From NCBI RefSeq assembly GCF_001194135.2, contig NC_068989.1:26055607-26119606 (forward strand): 64,000 nt of DNA, given 5' to 3'. Positions within the stretch are counted from its first letter, which is position 1. Every line of letters begins with the position of its first letter. Made by a program: the position numbers and the translations under genes. The notes below the pieces were generated by a model. The model was not told the origin of the DNA and did not search any database. It saw only the letters and a list, made by a program, of their open reading frames with translations. This DNA comes from Octopus bimaculoides (lineage: Eukaryota). Shown here piece by piece: positions 11,881 through 24,815 of the stretch.

Positions 11881-12599
11881 AATGGCTACACCGGACTCTC
11901 CATTCAAAAAACAAATCTAATCTAAGAACATCAGTAGAATGGGATAAAGAAACCTGTGGAAGACTTGAAGGAAGCGGTCTTTTAACAAAAATAATCACAA
12001 AAATGAAATTCTACTGCAATACAAAGCACAATTTCTCCTATGCAGGATGTCTCAGTGAAACGTGTGCGAAACACACACGCAAAATCAACATCGCAAAGTT
12101 TACAAATCATAAAATATAAATGGAACAAAACAGTAAGTACATAAATTCAGTAATTACGCATACACTCGAATGTATACACGATCATATATACATTTTAATG
12201 CCCATAGGACTATACATACATCCCAATGTTTACACAACTACGTGAAATTTACAGGAGACACATACAGGCACCTGAAAACACTATCACAAACGAACCAAAA
12301 CCAAAAATCAAAACAAAGCAAAACAATTTTCCCTTTTTTGAACGGACACAGACAGAGTGAACTATTCATAAGTTTATAAACACGACAAACATTTATGTCC
12401 GCAGATAAATCTATCAACAGGTAAAATTTCAGGCGAAAATGGATCTGTTAGCCTGAAGAATTTACGTTACGGGCAATTTTTACAAGCAGAGAATAAGGAG
12501 GCGGTGTTGTCTCAAGAAATTAACCCTAAACAGACAGATTCGTCCCCTAATGTCAACGTCCAAGCTCGGTATGAATCAATTATAACAAAGAAAAATACA

Positions 12600-14498
12600 A
12601 ACCGTATCCGTCGTCACCCGCATACCAAGGATCGGGTAGTCGACTGATGAACCAGAGTCAGTCCGAAAAATTAACTACTGGTTCAAATATTACCGAAACA
12701 CAGGAGCTGGAAGTAACCCACAACAGAATGCAATATTCCAGCAGATGGCCATCCTTGTTCGTCACCAAATAACCAAAAGAAAAGAATGAAAAATGGTCTA
12801 AGGAAGATAATAAAAAGTTTTTACGGCCTTCTATCATGCCATACATTTCTCCACAAATAAACCTAATACTGTAGAAATTTAGTTAATCTGGAGACAGAAA
12901 CACCTTAAAGTAAGACTCTACATAGACAGTAACACACTTGCCAACATCGGAAGAAATATTAACAATAAGAAATTACTAACTGAATTAGAGATTGAACAAG
13001 TTAAACATTCAGTAAGGGACAAAGGGAACGAAGTTGCACTTAAAGAAGATATTACAGAGGAAATAATTATAGATCAGCCCAGGGCTTATGAAAATGCAAT
13101 AATGATTGAAAGAGTTAATGTAACTGATAAGTAAAGTGAAATACTTTCTGAACCAGCTATAAACATTCAGGCAGATTAATATCAAATAGATGAAGAAAGC
13201 CATACTGAAACTGACCCAACAGAACTACATGATCTAAAAAATCAAATTATGATTGGATGACTAAATATTGAAGAAACCAGTATGAATGATCGGAGCAATC
13301 TCCAAAAATTCGCAATTCTAATCAAACTTTAAAATAATTGGTAAAATCTGCCATGCACTTAAGGATATAATTTCAGCGAATGATGTTGATGTTACGGATC
13401 TCAACCACCCGTACTATGCATCCGCGAACATCTCAACGATTCTATGTAGTGAATATATTAACGACAACATTCCCACAAAAAGCCTTCTTCGCAAGAGCGT
13501 ATTCAACACCAAATTCAGCTACTTAGGTCTGACATAGAATGTTTAAAAAACTTTAAGTTCCACAAGATTGTCAAACCAACAGAAACCCGAAAGTTAAAGA
13601 AAAAACTATGGTATGAAAACCATATTTGATATTGATACCACCATAGAAACCATCAAGCAAAAAGTGTGTACTAAAGCTTCCCGCATGGCAAAGTATGAAA
13701 AGTGCGTTTGATTCTTCAAGGACAACATGTTCAAAAGTAACCAATTTGCAGGAAGATAGGAAGATACTAGTTACATCAAAGTCTATCACATCAAAAGCGA
13801 TGTAGGAATGTTGGAATAAAATTTGGGCAGTAGAAAGAACACACAATAAAAAGAAACCTTGGAATGATAGAATATCTACTGACTTAGACTCCTTAGAAGA
13901 GCAAAAGTATCAAGGTAGAGGATTGAAGATCTGCTCTCAGGAAGTCAAGCAAATGGTTGAATGCTTTCCCAGAGAGCCATGAACTGCTAAAAAATCTATA
14001 CAACAATGTTTAGCAACAATCTAGTATGGTTTCCTCTTGGCTAGTTAATGATGTAACATTTCTACTTCCAAAAACTGAAGAAACAAATGAATCAAAAAAT
14101 TATCGACCCATATATAAATTACTAACATCTAGTTGTCTTGACTGAATATACATATAGTCTTTTTAATAGAAAGTGACATATTCTCTAATGAGCAAAAAAG
14201 GATATAAACGTGGGTTTTAATGTTGTAAATATCAGCTAATCATGAATAAGATGAAATTAGAAGATTGTCAGAAACGACGCAGGAGTGACTGTGTGGTAAG
14301 TAGCTTACTTACCAGCCACATGGTTCCGGATTCAGTCCCACTGCATAGCACTTTGGACAGGTGTCTCTTACTATAGCCTCGGGCCGACCAAAGCCTTGTG
14401 AGTTGATTTGGTAGACAGAAACTAAAAGAAGCCTGTCGTATATATGTATATGTATGTATATATATATATATATATATNNNNNNNNNNNNNNNNNNNNN

Positions 14499-14545
<47 letters not shown>

Positions 14546-15955
14546 TGTTTACGCTCCCGTAACTTAGCGGTTCGGCAAAAAACACCGATAGAATAAGTAC
14601 TAGGCTTACAAACAATAAGTCCTGGGGTCGATTTGCTCAACTAAAGGCAGTGCTCCAGCATGGACGCAGTCAAATGACTGAAACAAGTAAAAGAGTAAAA
14701 GAGCAAGGATAGACTATAAAAAAAAACAACTTGATAATCTACCACATAAGATGGATTAAGAAATGTCTGGAAATGCATAAAATAGCACCTAATCTGCGAG
14801 ACTCGTTGTCTGTAAGTATGAGATCATGTAGAACAACACTGACTTCGAACAGTGACAATGAATGTCTTAATGCTGGAGATGTAAGAGCTTCATACGGCAT
14901 TATCCAGGGTGAATCACTATCACAACTCCCCTTTTGTCTAGCCTTAATACCTTTATCGAAATTGTTCAATGTTGTACAATATGTTTATAAAATGTTTGAT
15001 AAAAATATGAATCATCTCATTTGCATGGATGATTGATTTAAAGCTCTTTGCAAAAAGTGACCAACAACTACAGGGCTTATTAGCAATTGTTAAAAATTTC
15101 AGTGACGATATCAGGATGCTATTTGGCCTTAATAAATGTTCAAAAGCTACATTTATCAAAGGTAAAATGACAGAAACATTCAATGTTAATCCAGAGCAGC
15201 AGAATATCATAAATGAATTAGAACCAGCAGAGAGCTACAAATACCTAGGTGCATTTGAAGGGGACGGAATCAAAAATATAGTGATGAAGGATGGGATAAG
15301 TAGAGAATGTAATCGCAGGGTAAGGGCAACATCCAAGACGGAGTTGAATGCAAGAAACCGGATCGAAGCAATGAATACTTTAGCCATATTAATCGGGACT
15401 TTCAGTTCAATATCATTAACTGGTCAATTACTGAAATATATAATCGTGAGAGAAATACAAACAAATCGTTTGCAATGCATAGAATGCATCACTCTAAGGC
15501 AGATATAGAACGAATTTACCTGTCAAGAAAAGAGGGTGGCCGAATACTTTTCCAACTGGAATTAACAATAAAGTTTGCTACAGTTGGTCTAGATACCTAC
15601 CTGAAAAACTCTGATGACTAGATGTTAAAACCTGTCGTAAAGCATGAAAACAAGAAAGCATCATGCTCAGTAAAGAAACAGGTGAAGGAATATGTAAGTG
15701 AATTCCAAATGCAACAAGTTCCAGAATGAAATGTACTAGAAACAAGCGCAGACAAAATTTAAGTGTATGAAAACCCGTGCTAAAACTGCTGCCTTATATA
15801 TTCTTACTGATAAATGGCAAGAAAAACTACTCAATGGTAAATACCCAGAGAGAGCTAATAGTGTCTATGTTGACAAAGCCCTTACCCATTAATGGTTAGT
15901 GTCTTCTGGCTTAAAATCAGAAACAGAAGACTTTATCATAGCAGCCCAAGAAAAA
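12600..15955 (+). mobile_element. Large decayed R4/Dong-type LINE ORF with reverse transcriptase, 3'-truncated and interrupted by a SINE
   Basis: N-terminal KWSKEDNK..FYHA, IETIKQKV, TFLLPKTEETNESKNYRPI, IDYKK...WIKKCLEMHKI, GIIQGESLSQLPFCLAL, HLICMDD.LKLFAK, FGLNKC, YKYLG and KSETEDFIIAAQE. Many stops and frameshifts. Confidence 0.92.
14278..14705 (+). mobile_element. Full-length SINE family A inserted in the LINE RT
   Basis: tRNA-like head (gtgtggtaag...ggttccggattcagtccc), CORE-like segment (gcactttggacaggtgtctc), internal (TA)n/(GT)n and tail gtcaaatgactgaaacaagtaaaagagtaaaagag. The LINE reading frame resumes afterwards. Confidence 0.92.
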
Positions 15956-15989
15956 CATAACCCATTCCCATTTCGTTGTCATACACAAC

Positions 15990-17583
15990 TTGCCAGCCAT
16001 TAATAAATTCTCAATAAATAAGATCAAATCAATAAGATCACCAGCGAAATTAATTCATAAAAATTTTTACAATGCAACAATTATCTATTAAAACCAAATA
16101 CTTTACAACATAAAGAGACAAATATCTATAGTATCATTTTGCAGTAAAATATTTTTCTCACTTTATAATAGAAAAAAAAAATTGAAATAGATCGTATTCG
16201 TTAATTACATTAGAATATCATAGTGTGTTTGAATAATACAGAATTATAACTATTTCAACATAATTATATTCAACTTCACTTTCTAACATGAATTTTTCTT
16301 ATAGCTTCAAAGTTTCAACATTTTCTTCAATTTCCTCTAAACAAGGAATGTTTGCAAAGGAATTCCATCACTATTAGAAATTGTAAAAGTTACAGAAATA
16401 AATTTGAAGGCAATACTCGTCACGTGTTTTGAAGAATGCTTTCATACTCCTTCCTCCACATCAGAACTTACTCCCCAACAACAGACACTGACACAAATAT
16501 ACAAGTTATCTTAACTGATTGGTTTATCATGTCTTCTCTTTAGCCAGCATTTCAGGCCAACATGATAAGAAATCTAATCTGACCCTTTATCAATAAGTAG
16601 ATAGACAGCATAAATGTTATGGTTGCATCAGACTTATTAACTTAATCTAAGCTATGAACAATTATAATTGTTCATAACAAGCAGTCAATCAAATTTTGAT
16701 ATAAAGAAAAAATATCTGGATTTTTTTCCTTCAATCATGGATGGATGTATGGATATAACATGAAAGTAAAATGTTTATCTTGGATAATGTCATCACATTC
16801 AGAACACTACATTGAGATTTTCTAATTATTTAAGCTACATAAAATGACAGTCATCCCAGGAAATAGATTCAATACAATCATTGGCTTTTAATTGGTCATG
16901 TAAATCACCTTTGTTGGTATCTGGATTATTGCAAGAGGCAGGTGGAAAATCAAATAAATTGCCAAAGTCAGATTTAAGAATGTCAATGCTTGTGCTTGTC
17001 GAAAACATAGATGACTTTTCAGAACCATCTTGTTTGGTAGTAAAGTTATCCTCGACAATATGTTAGGTTTTCTACGAGAGTAAATTGAATTTGAATCTAA
17101 ATTAGATAAAAAGAGTTTGGTCCTCTTCCTCAGTTAATTCTGGAAAACCACTGTCTAAAGAACTGTCACAAATGTTTGGCACTGAGATTACAGATGGTTT
17201 TTGAGTAACAGGTAAAGAAGAAGACATTATATCTAAACTGGTGTTCGAAATAGATTGTACTACGTTAGGTCTTAGTTCCTTGTTCAATGAAAATGAATCT
17301 TCAATAACAATGCCTACCTAGAAGAAACTACCAGCCGAACATGTCATGTTTGTTAACAACAAAATGGACCATTTGAGCGGAATGAGCTACTCCACATGAT
17401 GAAAATTCTAACTGGGTCCCCACCTTTAAGGCCATACCTCAATCCTTTCTATATTAACCAAAATGAAGTAGATTGACAAATTTATTAACCAGTTGAAGAC
17501 AAACGAGATGTCCAAATATTGTGCACTAGATAACAAATGGCACTCTTCTTTTAATTTTGACTCTATATATTCAGGAGGAGTTA
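15990..17583 (-). pseudogene. Degenerate fragment of an unidentified cellular gene (exon 17438-17583, GT-AG intron 17318-17437, next exon from 17317)
   Basis: The exon reads TPPEYIESKLKEECHLLSSAQYLDISFVFNWLINLSIYFILVNIERIE to gag|gtatgg. After ttcttctag| it continues in frame as VGIVIEDSFSLNKELRPNVVQ...EEEDQTLFI*, giving 119 codons open across the intron. A frameshifted S/D-rich stretch follows. The extent below about 16800 is uncertain. Confidence 0.6.
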
Positions 17584-18110
17584 TTTAAGGGATTACTTAA
17601 GGGCTTCTGGTTCGCAGCGTTGACGAGTAAATCTGACAAACTACTAACCCTAGAGCAACCAACATAATGTTGACCATGAGAAAAGCAAGGCTCAATTAAG
17701 TACAAGCCAATAGATTTGAAAGTTTGACATTCAGCTTTATTAATAATTGTGATGCTAAGTCGGCCCGGAAATTGTATTCTTCTGAGCTCAAATAGCGTGT
17801 CTGTTAGTTTGATTGCAATCCTTGGATTGAAAACCTGTTCCCCAGAGGTACATCCAGTGGTGATGGTAGCTTCTATCACATTAAGTGATAACGTCTTCAC
17901 TATCAACCTTATTCCATTGTATAATTTAGGAGGATTTATGTTTCTCAGAAGCATTATTAGGACTCCTACCTTCAGAAAAAGTTTATGTGGAGGATTTCCA
18001 GGTGGCTCAAGAGAATTAAGCAAGTCCGTTGGGTAACGAACAGCTTGATTTTCCTCAAGGACAGAATCAACTGATTTGTAATCCATAATCACTCTTGGAA
18101 TCTTATTCAT
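17571..18110 (-). pseudogene. Open 179-codon remnant of the Helitron PIF1 helicase C-terminus
   Basis: The ORF track translation carries the late SF1 helicase motifs. The stop codon lies inside the adjoining exon-like segment. Confidence 0.9.
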
Positions 18111-19420
18111 TAATTCATGGTTAATCTTTGCTAATCATTTTTTTTTGCGCAAGAATTACCCTTTCACACAGCCATTCATGTGAATTATAATTATTAGTCA
18201 AGTCTAGAATTACCCTACCTTTCAATTCAGCTGGGGAATTCACCGTGATAGCAAAATATCCTCATTCTCATTTCCTAATTGGGAGAGCCAGTTTGAAAAA
18301 TCGTTCTGCACATGTAATAAAGCTCGCATGTTAGTATTGGAGGAGAATTTGTGTACTTTATTCTATAGGTATGCTTTACTTCATCAGATCTTGTTCGTCA
18401 CGAAATGACTGGTAATGTCTGTATGAAATCACCTGATAAAACTAATGTAACTCATCCCATAGATTTATTGTTGTCTCTTATGTCCTGTAAGATCTTATCG
18501 AGAGTTTCATTTGCACCTCTATGTAACATGGTGCATTCATCCCAAATGATCAAGTGGTATCGGCGCAACACTTCTGATGAGCCTTTGCTTATGTTACATA
18601 TTTGACTATCATTTTTGACCAGCTTTAGCGGTAATATAAAAGCAGAATCAGCTGCTCGCCCTCCTGGAGAATGGTAGCATAATTTATCTGTCTTGCTATA
18701 TCTTTTGAAGTTAAATCACTAAATTTACAGTTTGTTTTTGGCAGTCCACAGCCAGACAATTAAAAATGTCTGCCTCCGATGGCCAAAACTTGATTCCCAA
18801 TTTCAATCAGTGCATGGTTAAAAATTATTTCAGAGAACTGAAGATTGATATCTTGGTTTGTGTGGTGGATTGATTTCACGCTGTTTCTTCTAAAGCTGTA
18901 AGGGACTGCTAAGCTTCCTTGAGAATCTCATATTACTGCTTCAGTCAATGCAAGGTCCCAATGGTCATCATTTTCTAAAATAATCTTGTTGATTGCATGC
19001 TTTCCTATAAGTTTCGCAGACATGACCATTTACCCTCCGCGAATCTTGGAATGACTTCGAACCACGTACTTCATGCAAAAGAAGCCGTAATTAGAAGTAT
19101 TCTGTGTGGCTTGGATGGAAACTGTAAACTCTTGCATGAGCGTCAGCCCCACGTCTCCTCTTGCGCTATTTATTGTTTCTCGAGGTATAATACATGGGTA
19201 ATTATGGATAAAGTAGTTTTCTTACATCTTCATCTACTTGCCACATCTTAAATAAAAGCAGGAAGGGTAGTTTCTTTTGGAGAAAGTGCTTGCAGCAAGG
19301 CTTTTGTAAAGACAACCCTGAGGCCATTCTCGAGATGGACACTCAGATGAATGATAAGTGGGTGTCCATCATGAATGGAAAAATTAAAGATGCGGCAAAA
19401 AGCCTCATTCGTACATTGTT
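17585..19420 (-). mobile_element. Helitron Rep/Helicase remnant (end of Rep through the PIF1-type helicase)
   Basis: NEAFCRIFNFSIHDGHPLIIHLSVHLENG; LRLLLHEVRGSKSFQD..VNGHVCETYRKAC; GGRAADSAFILP; LIIWDECTM; LSGDFIQTLPVI; PPHKLFLKVG..IMLLRNINPPKLYNG; TIINKAECQTF; PCFSHGQHYVGCSRV. Confidence 0.95.
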
Positions 19421-19853
19421 CTAGGAAGCAAGGATTAAAAAAAAAGATGAGGTACGTGAATGTCTTCGCAAGATTGATTGAAATAAATGGTGATTGTGGA
19501 ACGCCGCAAGCATGCGCTCATACACACAAACAAGCGCGCACACACACACACACACATACACACACGCACACACACACACACACACACTATCAAGCATCTC
19601 ATGAAATGCACGTGTGTGCGAGAGAGAAAGAGCGCGCGCGAGAGAGAGAGAGAGAGCGGGTGAAGGGGCGTGTTGTCATGTATACGTACGTACATAAATA
19701 AATAAGCATACATCTTTTTGTATGTATATCTGCATGTGTGTGTGTGTACGTGTGCGTGTGCAAGAGAGAGAGAGAGTGCCACTTAGACATCACTGTCTAT
19801 TTCTCTGTGTCTCTCTCACACAAACACGCACACATACATATAAAATTGTATGC

Positions 19854-19895
<42 letters not shown>

Positions 19896-20089
19896 AATAT
19901 ATGAGTATATGCATATATATGTACATGTATGTATATACGTTCATCCACATGTACATATAGNNNNNNNNNNCGTTCATCCACATGTACATATAGATACATA
20001 ACTGGGTACATGACGTGGAAATAGAACAAGGACAAAAATGGTAAACAAGGTGCAACAAACAAGCAGGCCACATAGAAACATCCCCATAC

Positions 20090-20284
20090 ATATATATAAT
20101 ATTATTAGGGACAACATCCAAAATTACAGGTAAAACTCAATTAAAATCAATTTATAAAAAATTAAAATTAAATTGAGGTTTATAGATAAAATATATATAA
20201 AATATATAGTTTTAGGGAAAATAACCAAGTTTCAAGAACTCATCGATGAAAATCCACTATCACATATAGAAAAATTAACAATTA
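20090..20284 (-). repeat. Inverted copy of the 4935-5125 repeat
   Basis: See 4935-5125. Confidence 0.75.
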
Positions 20285-21149
20285 NNNNNNNNNNNNNNNN
20301 NNNNNNNNNNNNNNNNNNNNNNNNNNNNNNNNNNNNNNNNNNNNNNNNNNNNNNNNNNNNNNNNNNNNNNNNNNNNNNNNNNNNNNNNNNNNNNNNNNNN
20401 NNNNNNNNNNNNNNNNNNNNNNNNNNNNNNNNNNNNNNNNNNNNNNNNNNNNNNNNNNNNNNNNNNNNNNNNNNNNNNNNNNNNNNNNNNNNNNNNNNNN
20501 NNNNNNNNNNNNNNNNNNNNNNNNNNNNNNNNNNNNNNNTATATATATATATATGTTCGGTTAAAGCGAAAGAATGTCCATATTTTGGGGACGCTCCATG
20601 CTGAATTGGAAAATTATAATGTGATATGTGATATTTGTGTAATAACTAAATCAAACAATGAATATGTATATGTTTATATTAGAGAGACAGCGTGTGTGTG
20701 TATGTGTGTGAGAAAGAGGGAAATAGAGAGAAAGAGAGAGAGAAGATGGCAAACAATGAATAAAATAAATATGGACTGAGAAAATCGTATGAATAAAAGT
20801 TCGTTAAAATCAATCTTCTACCGAATATTTAAATGGGTTAACTTAGTAAATATTTCTTTCAGTAATTCATCTTAATTGTTTGCAAGTAGCGAATTAAAAC
20901 TTGATGCGAAAACATTAAAACAGAAAGTTAGAGATTTCGCAAATGAAAACAAAAAAATTTGCCGTTGCAATGTCAATACCGGAAGTTGACATTCAGAAAC
21001 CTTTTTAAAGATGTCAATCGCATATATAAAGCAATACTATTTATTTAAAATCAAAATAATAATCTGAAGGTTCAGTTATGTATCCAAGGTCAAGTTATTT
21101 ATGCATCCCAAGTAAGGAGGTAATTCGCGCAACCGTTTTCGTCTGAAAA

Positions 21150-21205
21150 GCGAATATCTGTTAAGCATTTCGCCCGCCGTGCTAAACATTCGGCTCGCTC
21201 ACCGC
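21150..21205 (-). mobile_element. SINE family B head fragment
   Basis: taagcatttcgcccgccgtgctaaacattcggctcgctcaccgcc is the reverse complement of the family B 5' end. Confidence 0.7.
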
Positions 21206-21462
21206 CTTAATAATAATGGTCATGACAAGAGCAACAACAACATTAATAAAACGGCAGACATTTTAAGAATAAACACAAAGAAGGAGAGGAGGAAAAAGAG
21301 AATGACAATGGAATATGGGCAGGAAGGGAATGACGGAGTTAGGAGGAATTAGAGGAAAGAGAACAGAGTAAATAAAATCCAATTAATTGAATATAATTGG
21401 AATTAAAATTGTAAAAAAGCTTAAAAATTAAAGTAAGATTATGTTTTATAAGTATACATATA

Positions 21463-21534
<72 letters not shown>

Positions 21535-21535
<1 letters not shown>

Positions 21536-21698
21536 ACGCAGGCGCGAATATGTGGTAAGAAACAACATGGTTCCGGACTCAGTCCCACTGCGAGGCACCT
21601 TGCGCAAATGTCTTCTACTATAGCCACGCGTCGATTAAATCCTTGTCAGTTGATTTGATAGACGGAAACTGAAATAAGCCTGCTGTATATATATATGT

Positions 21699-21791
<93 letters not shown>

Positions 21792-22027
21792 TGTGATGCG
21801 TGCGCGTGTATGTGTGTCTTTGTGTATGTGTTTGTCCCTCCTTCAGCACTTGACACTCGGTGTTGGTGTGTTTATGTCCCTATAACATAGCGGTCTTACA
21901 AAGGGGAGCAACAAAATAAGTATTGAGCTTAAAAAAATACGGCGTAGGGTCGGTTTGTTTGACCAAAATCCTTCAAGGTGGTCGTGCGTCAGCATTGCCG
22001 TAGTCAAAATGACTGAAACAAGGAAAA
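21535..22027 (+). mobile_element. Full-length SINE family A with a long internal (GT)n
   Basis: Head, CORE-like segment, (GT)n and gtcaaaatgactgaaacaag tail, as at 14278. Confidence 0.9.
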
Positions 22028-22571
22028 TTATAAAATAGAGAATAAATACAGAATAAAAGAGAGGATTATAATTGTCACTAAATGTGACTAGGATGTTAGA
22101 AACAGCCACTTTGCTAGGAATAAGAGCTAAAATACTCTAATGCTGTAGTCAACGTATATAAATGTAAAGATATACACTAACAGAAACCTTAACTGTTCGA
22201 AAAATGAAGATCGAGAATTCCTAATATTGATGTCAGGGACGATTATGGTCTCTGTTAATGAATATGTTTACATTTATGTACGCTGAATACAACATTGCAG
22301 CGTGTTAGATCTCTTATTTCTAGCAATGTATGTGTTTTTAACACCCTAGTCACGTTTAGTGACAATTATAATTTTCCTTTTTGGCTAAATTTTACAAACT
22401 GCGGATGCAGATTTGTGTGTCACATAGCTAGCTAGAGGCGATGGCCTCTCATAGCTAATTAACGGCTGCATTCGTCTTATTTCTCTGGACTGCCATGTCA
22501 GCCTGGCGATAAATGTTAATACCCAGTACTGCTACCGTATCTCTCCTTTAGAAAAATTAGAAATGATATAT

Positions 22572-22636
<65 letters not shown>

Positions 22637-22979
22637 CATACATACATACATNNNNNNNNNNNNNNNNNNNNNNNNNNNNNNNNNNNNNNNNNNNNNNNNN
22701 NNNNNNNNNNNNNNNNNNNNNNNNNNNNNNNNNNNNNNNNNNNNNNNNNNNNNNNNNNNNNNNNNNNNNNNNNNNNNNNNNNNNNNNNNNNNNNNNNNNN
22801 NNNNNNNNNNNNNNNNNNNNNNNNNNNNNNNNNNNNNNNNNNNNNNNNNNNNNNNNNNNNNNNNNNNNNNNNNNNNNNNTATATATACATTACACCTGGA
22901 AACAAATACATTTCATAAAATAATTGTGCATTCATTTGTCATGTAAATATATACATACACTTATACATACACATATGTA

Positions 22980-23786
22980 TGTAAGGTGCACCTCAGAATT
23001 CTTGAGACTTCTGTAAAGTGCAAAATTCCAATCTGTTTCAAAGGACCATCCTCTGATGTCAATGCATTAGTTGTAGAGCTCTACTGATTTCTTGAAAAAA
23101 CTATAATGTGAAAGTGTCGAGCAAACTTCTCACTGCCTACTTCATAACAATAGCTTCTCCATCTCGGGGAACAACGCAAAAGTCACACGCAACAAGGTGA
23201 AGACTGTAGGGAGGTTAAGGGACAATTTTAATGTAAATTTCTGTTATGTACTTGGTTACTAGTGTGCAACAATTGACTGCACTTTGGCGACAAAATCTCC
23301 TCGTGAGCAATCTAAAAAGCTTCACAAAAAATTATTTGTTGACTGTCTAGCCAGAGGGTACTCAGTGCATGTAGATAATGACTTCCCTGTCGAGAATGGA
23401 GATCTTCATGAGTTTCTAGGAGGATTTACTTTACCTGACATCTGGTGCCACAGAATAAAAGATGCTCGTCTCATACAATTTAGGCTAGGCAATCTGGGGC
23501 ATTCCTTAAATTTTTATACCGTTTTCGCCCAGTTTAAAACAAACTTTTATTGCATAGCGAGTTCCACAATGTCTTCACATCCGAACAGGGGTTCTGTAAA
23601 TTAGTCAGTTGTGACAATAAATGTTTAGACGTATGTGTTCCAAGTTCTCTTACAGCCATCTCCTTCAATCTTGTGTAACAAATAAACTGGTTAACTTCTT
23701 AGGTGTACTAAAATTAAAATAATCTACGACATGATATCTGCGTCTGTAATGAAATGACTCGTAACCTCTGGAATGCACCACCTGTA
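22980..23786 (-). mobile_element. Internally deleted, decayed mariner element
   Basis: The minus strand gives PYSLHLAPCDF and IIYMH*VPSG*TVN, related to YSPDLAPCDF and GIVHHEFVP.GQTVN. Both ends have diverged TIR-like sequence. Confidence 0.75.
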
Positions 23787-24619
23787 CAACTTAGATAAGA
23801 AGATATATATATATATGAATAATTAGAAGTAGATAAACGAGAAAATAATAGAGGAAATAATCTGGAAGAAAAAAAAAAGGGGCTGGATTTTAAGGAGGGA
23901 CACTTGTGTGAGAGCCGTGGGTGTCAAATATTCGGACTTACGATCCAGGAAGTGGCTTGTCTCAACATGGTTATCAGAAATATGTGTGGTGTAGACAAAG
24001 TATCTAATTTAAGTTAAAAAACTAATGCATGCTGGTAGAAAATAGTGGTTTACTAGTTCGAAACCGCTATGATAATTGAAAACAAAATGCGATTCTTTAG
24101 CTCTGAACGTGCTTTGTAATCTAATGAATAGCTCTAAAGTTTGAAAGGAATATTTAATCAATACAAAATACATTTTTGTAGAATTCTATTCTTAACTTAA
24201 TATTCATATGTCTTTTGTGACGTATTCAGTTTTATGATTGCTTACTCTGATCAGAAATCATATACGTATACACACGCACACGCATGCACACACGCGCGCA
24301 CACACACAAACACGCATACACACACATAGACAGAGTAAAACATGCACACACGCGTTGAATGTATACAATATAAAGACGACTACTATATTAACTTTGCTCC
24401 ACGGACTTATTTTGGAAAACTCAAAATCTACAATAAAATATCGAAAACAATGAGGATTATATATAATAACTCACAACTATCTTTTCTCAATTATTCCCTG
24501 AAGTCGGCGTTTTAATGGAGCATCTGTTGCTGTAGGTAAACTCAATATATAACTGCGCACATATTTACTGAAAGATACACATTTGTCCATATATATTGAG
24601 ACGATGAAATATTGGTACG

Positions 24620-24815
24620 TAATAATAATTTCAAATTTTGATACAAGACCAGCAATGTTGTGGCATGGAGTAGGTCGATTAAATGGACACCAGCGCTCAA
24701 CTGGTACTTATTTTATCGAAGGTTTGAAAGGCAAAGTCAAACTAGGTGGAATTTTGACTTAGAAAGTAAAGATGGACAAAGTATTTTGCCCTGCGTGCTA
24801 ACGATTGCGCCTGCT
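24620..24815 (-). mobile_element. SINE family B copy
   Basis: ctggtacttattttatcgaagg...aaaggcaaagtcaa...ttttgccctgcgtgctaacga. Confidence 0.85.

Noticed and set aside
15990-17583. Faint by-eye resemblance of the gene fragment to the C-terminal half of HPS5
   Set aside because: Only scattered residues match from memory. This is not enough to name the gene without an alignment.
19938-19993. Direct repeat cgttcatccacatgtacatatag on both sides of a 10-N gap
   Set aside because: This is a typical unmerged contig overlap rather than a real duplication.
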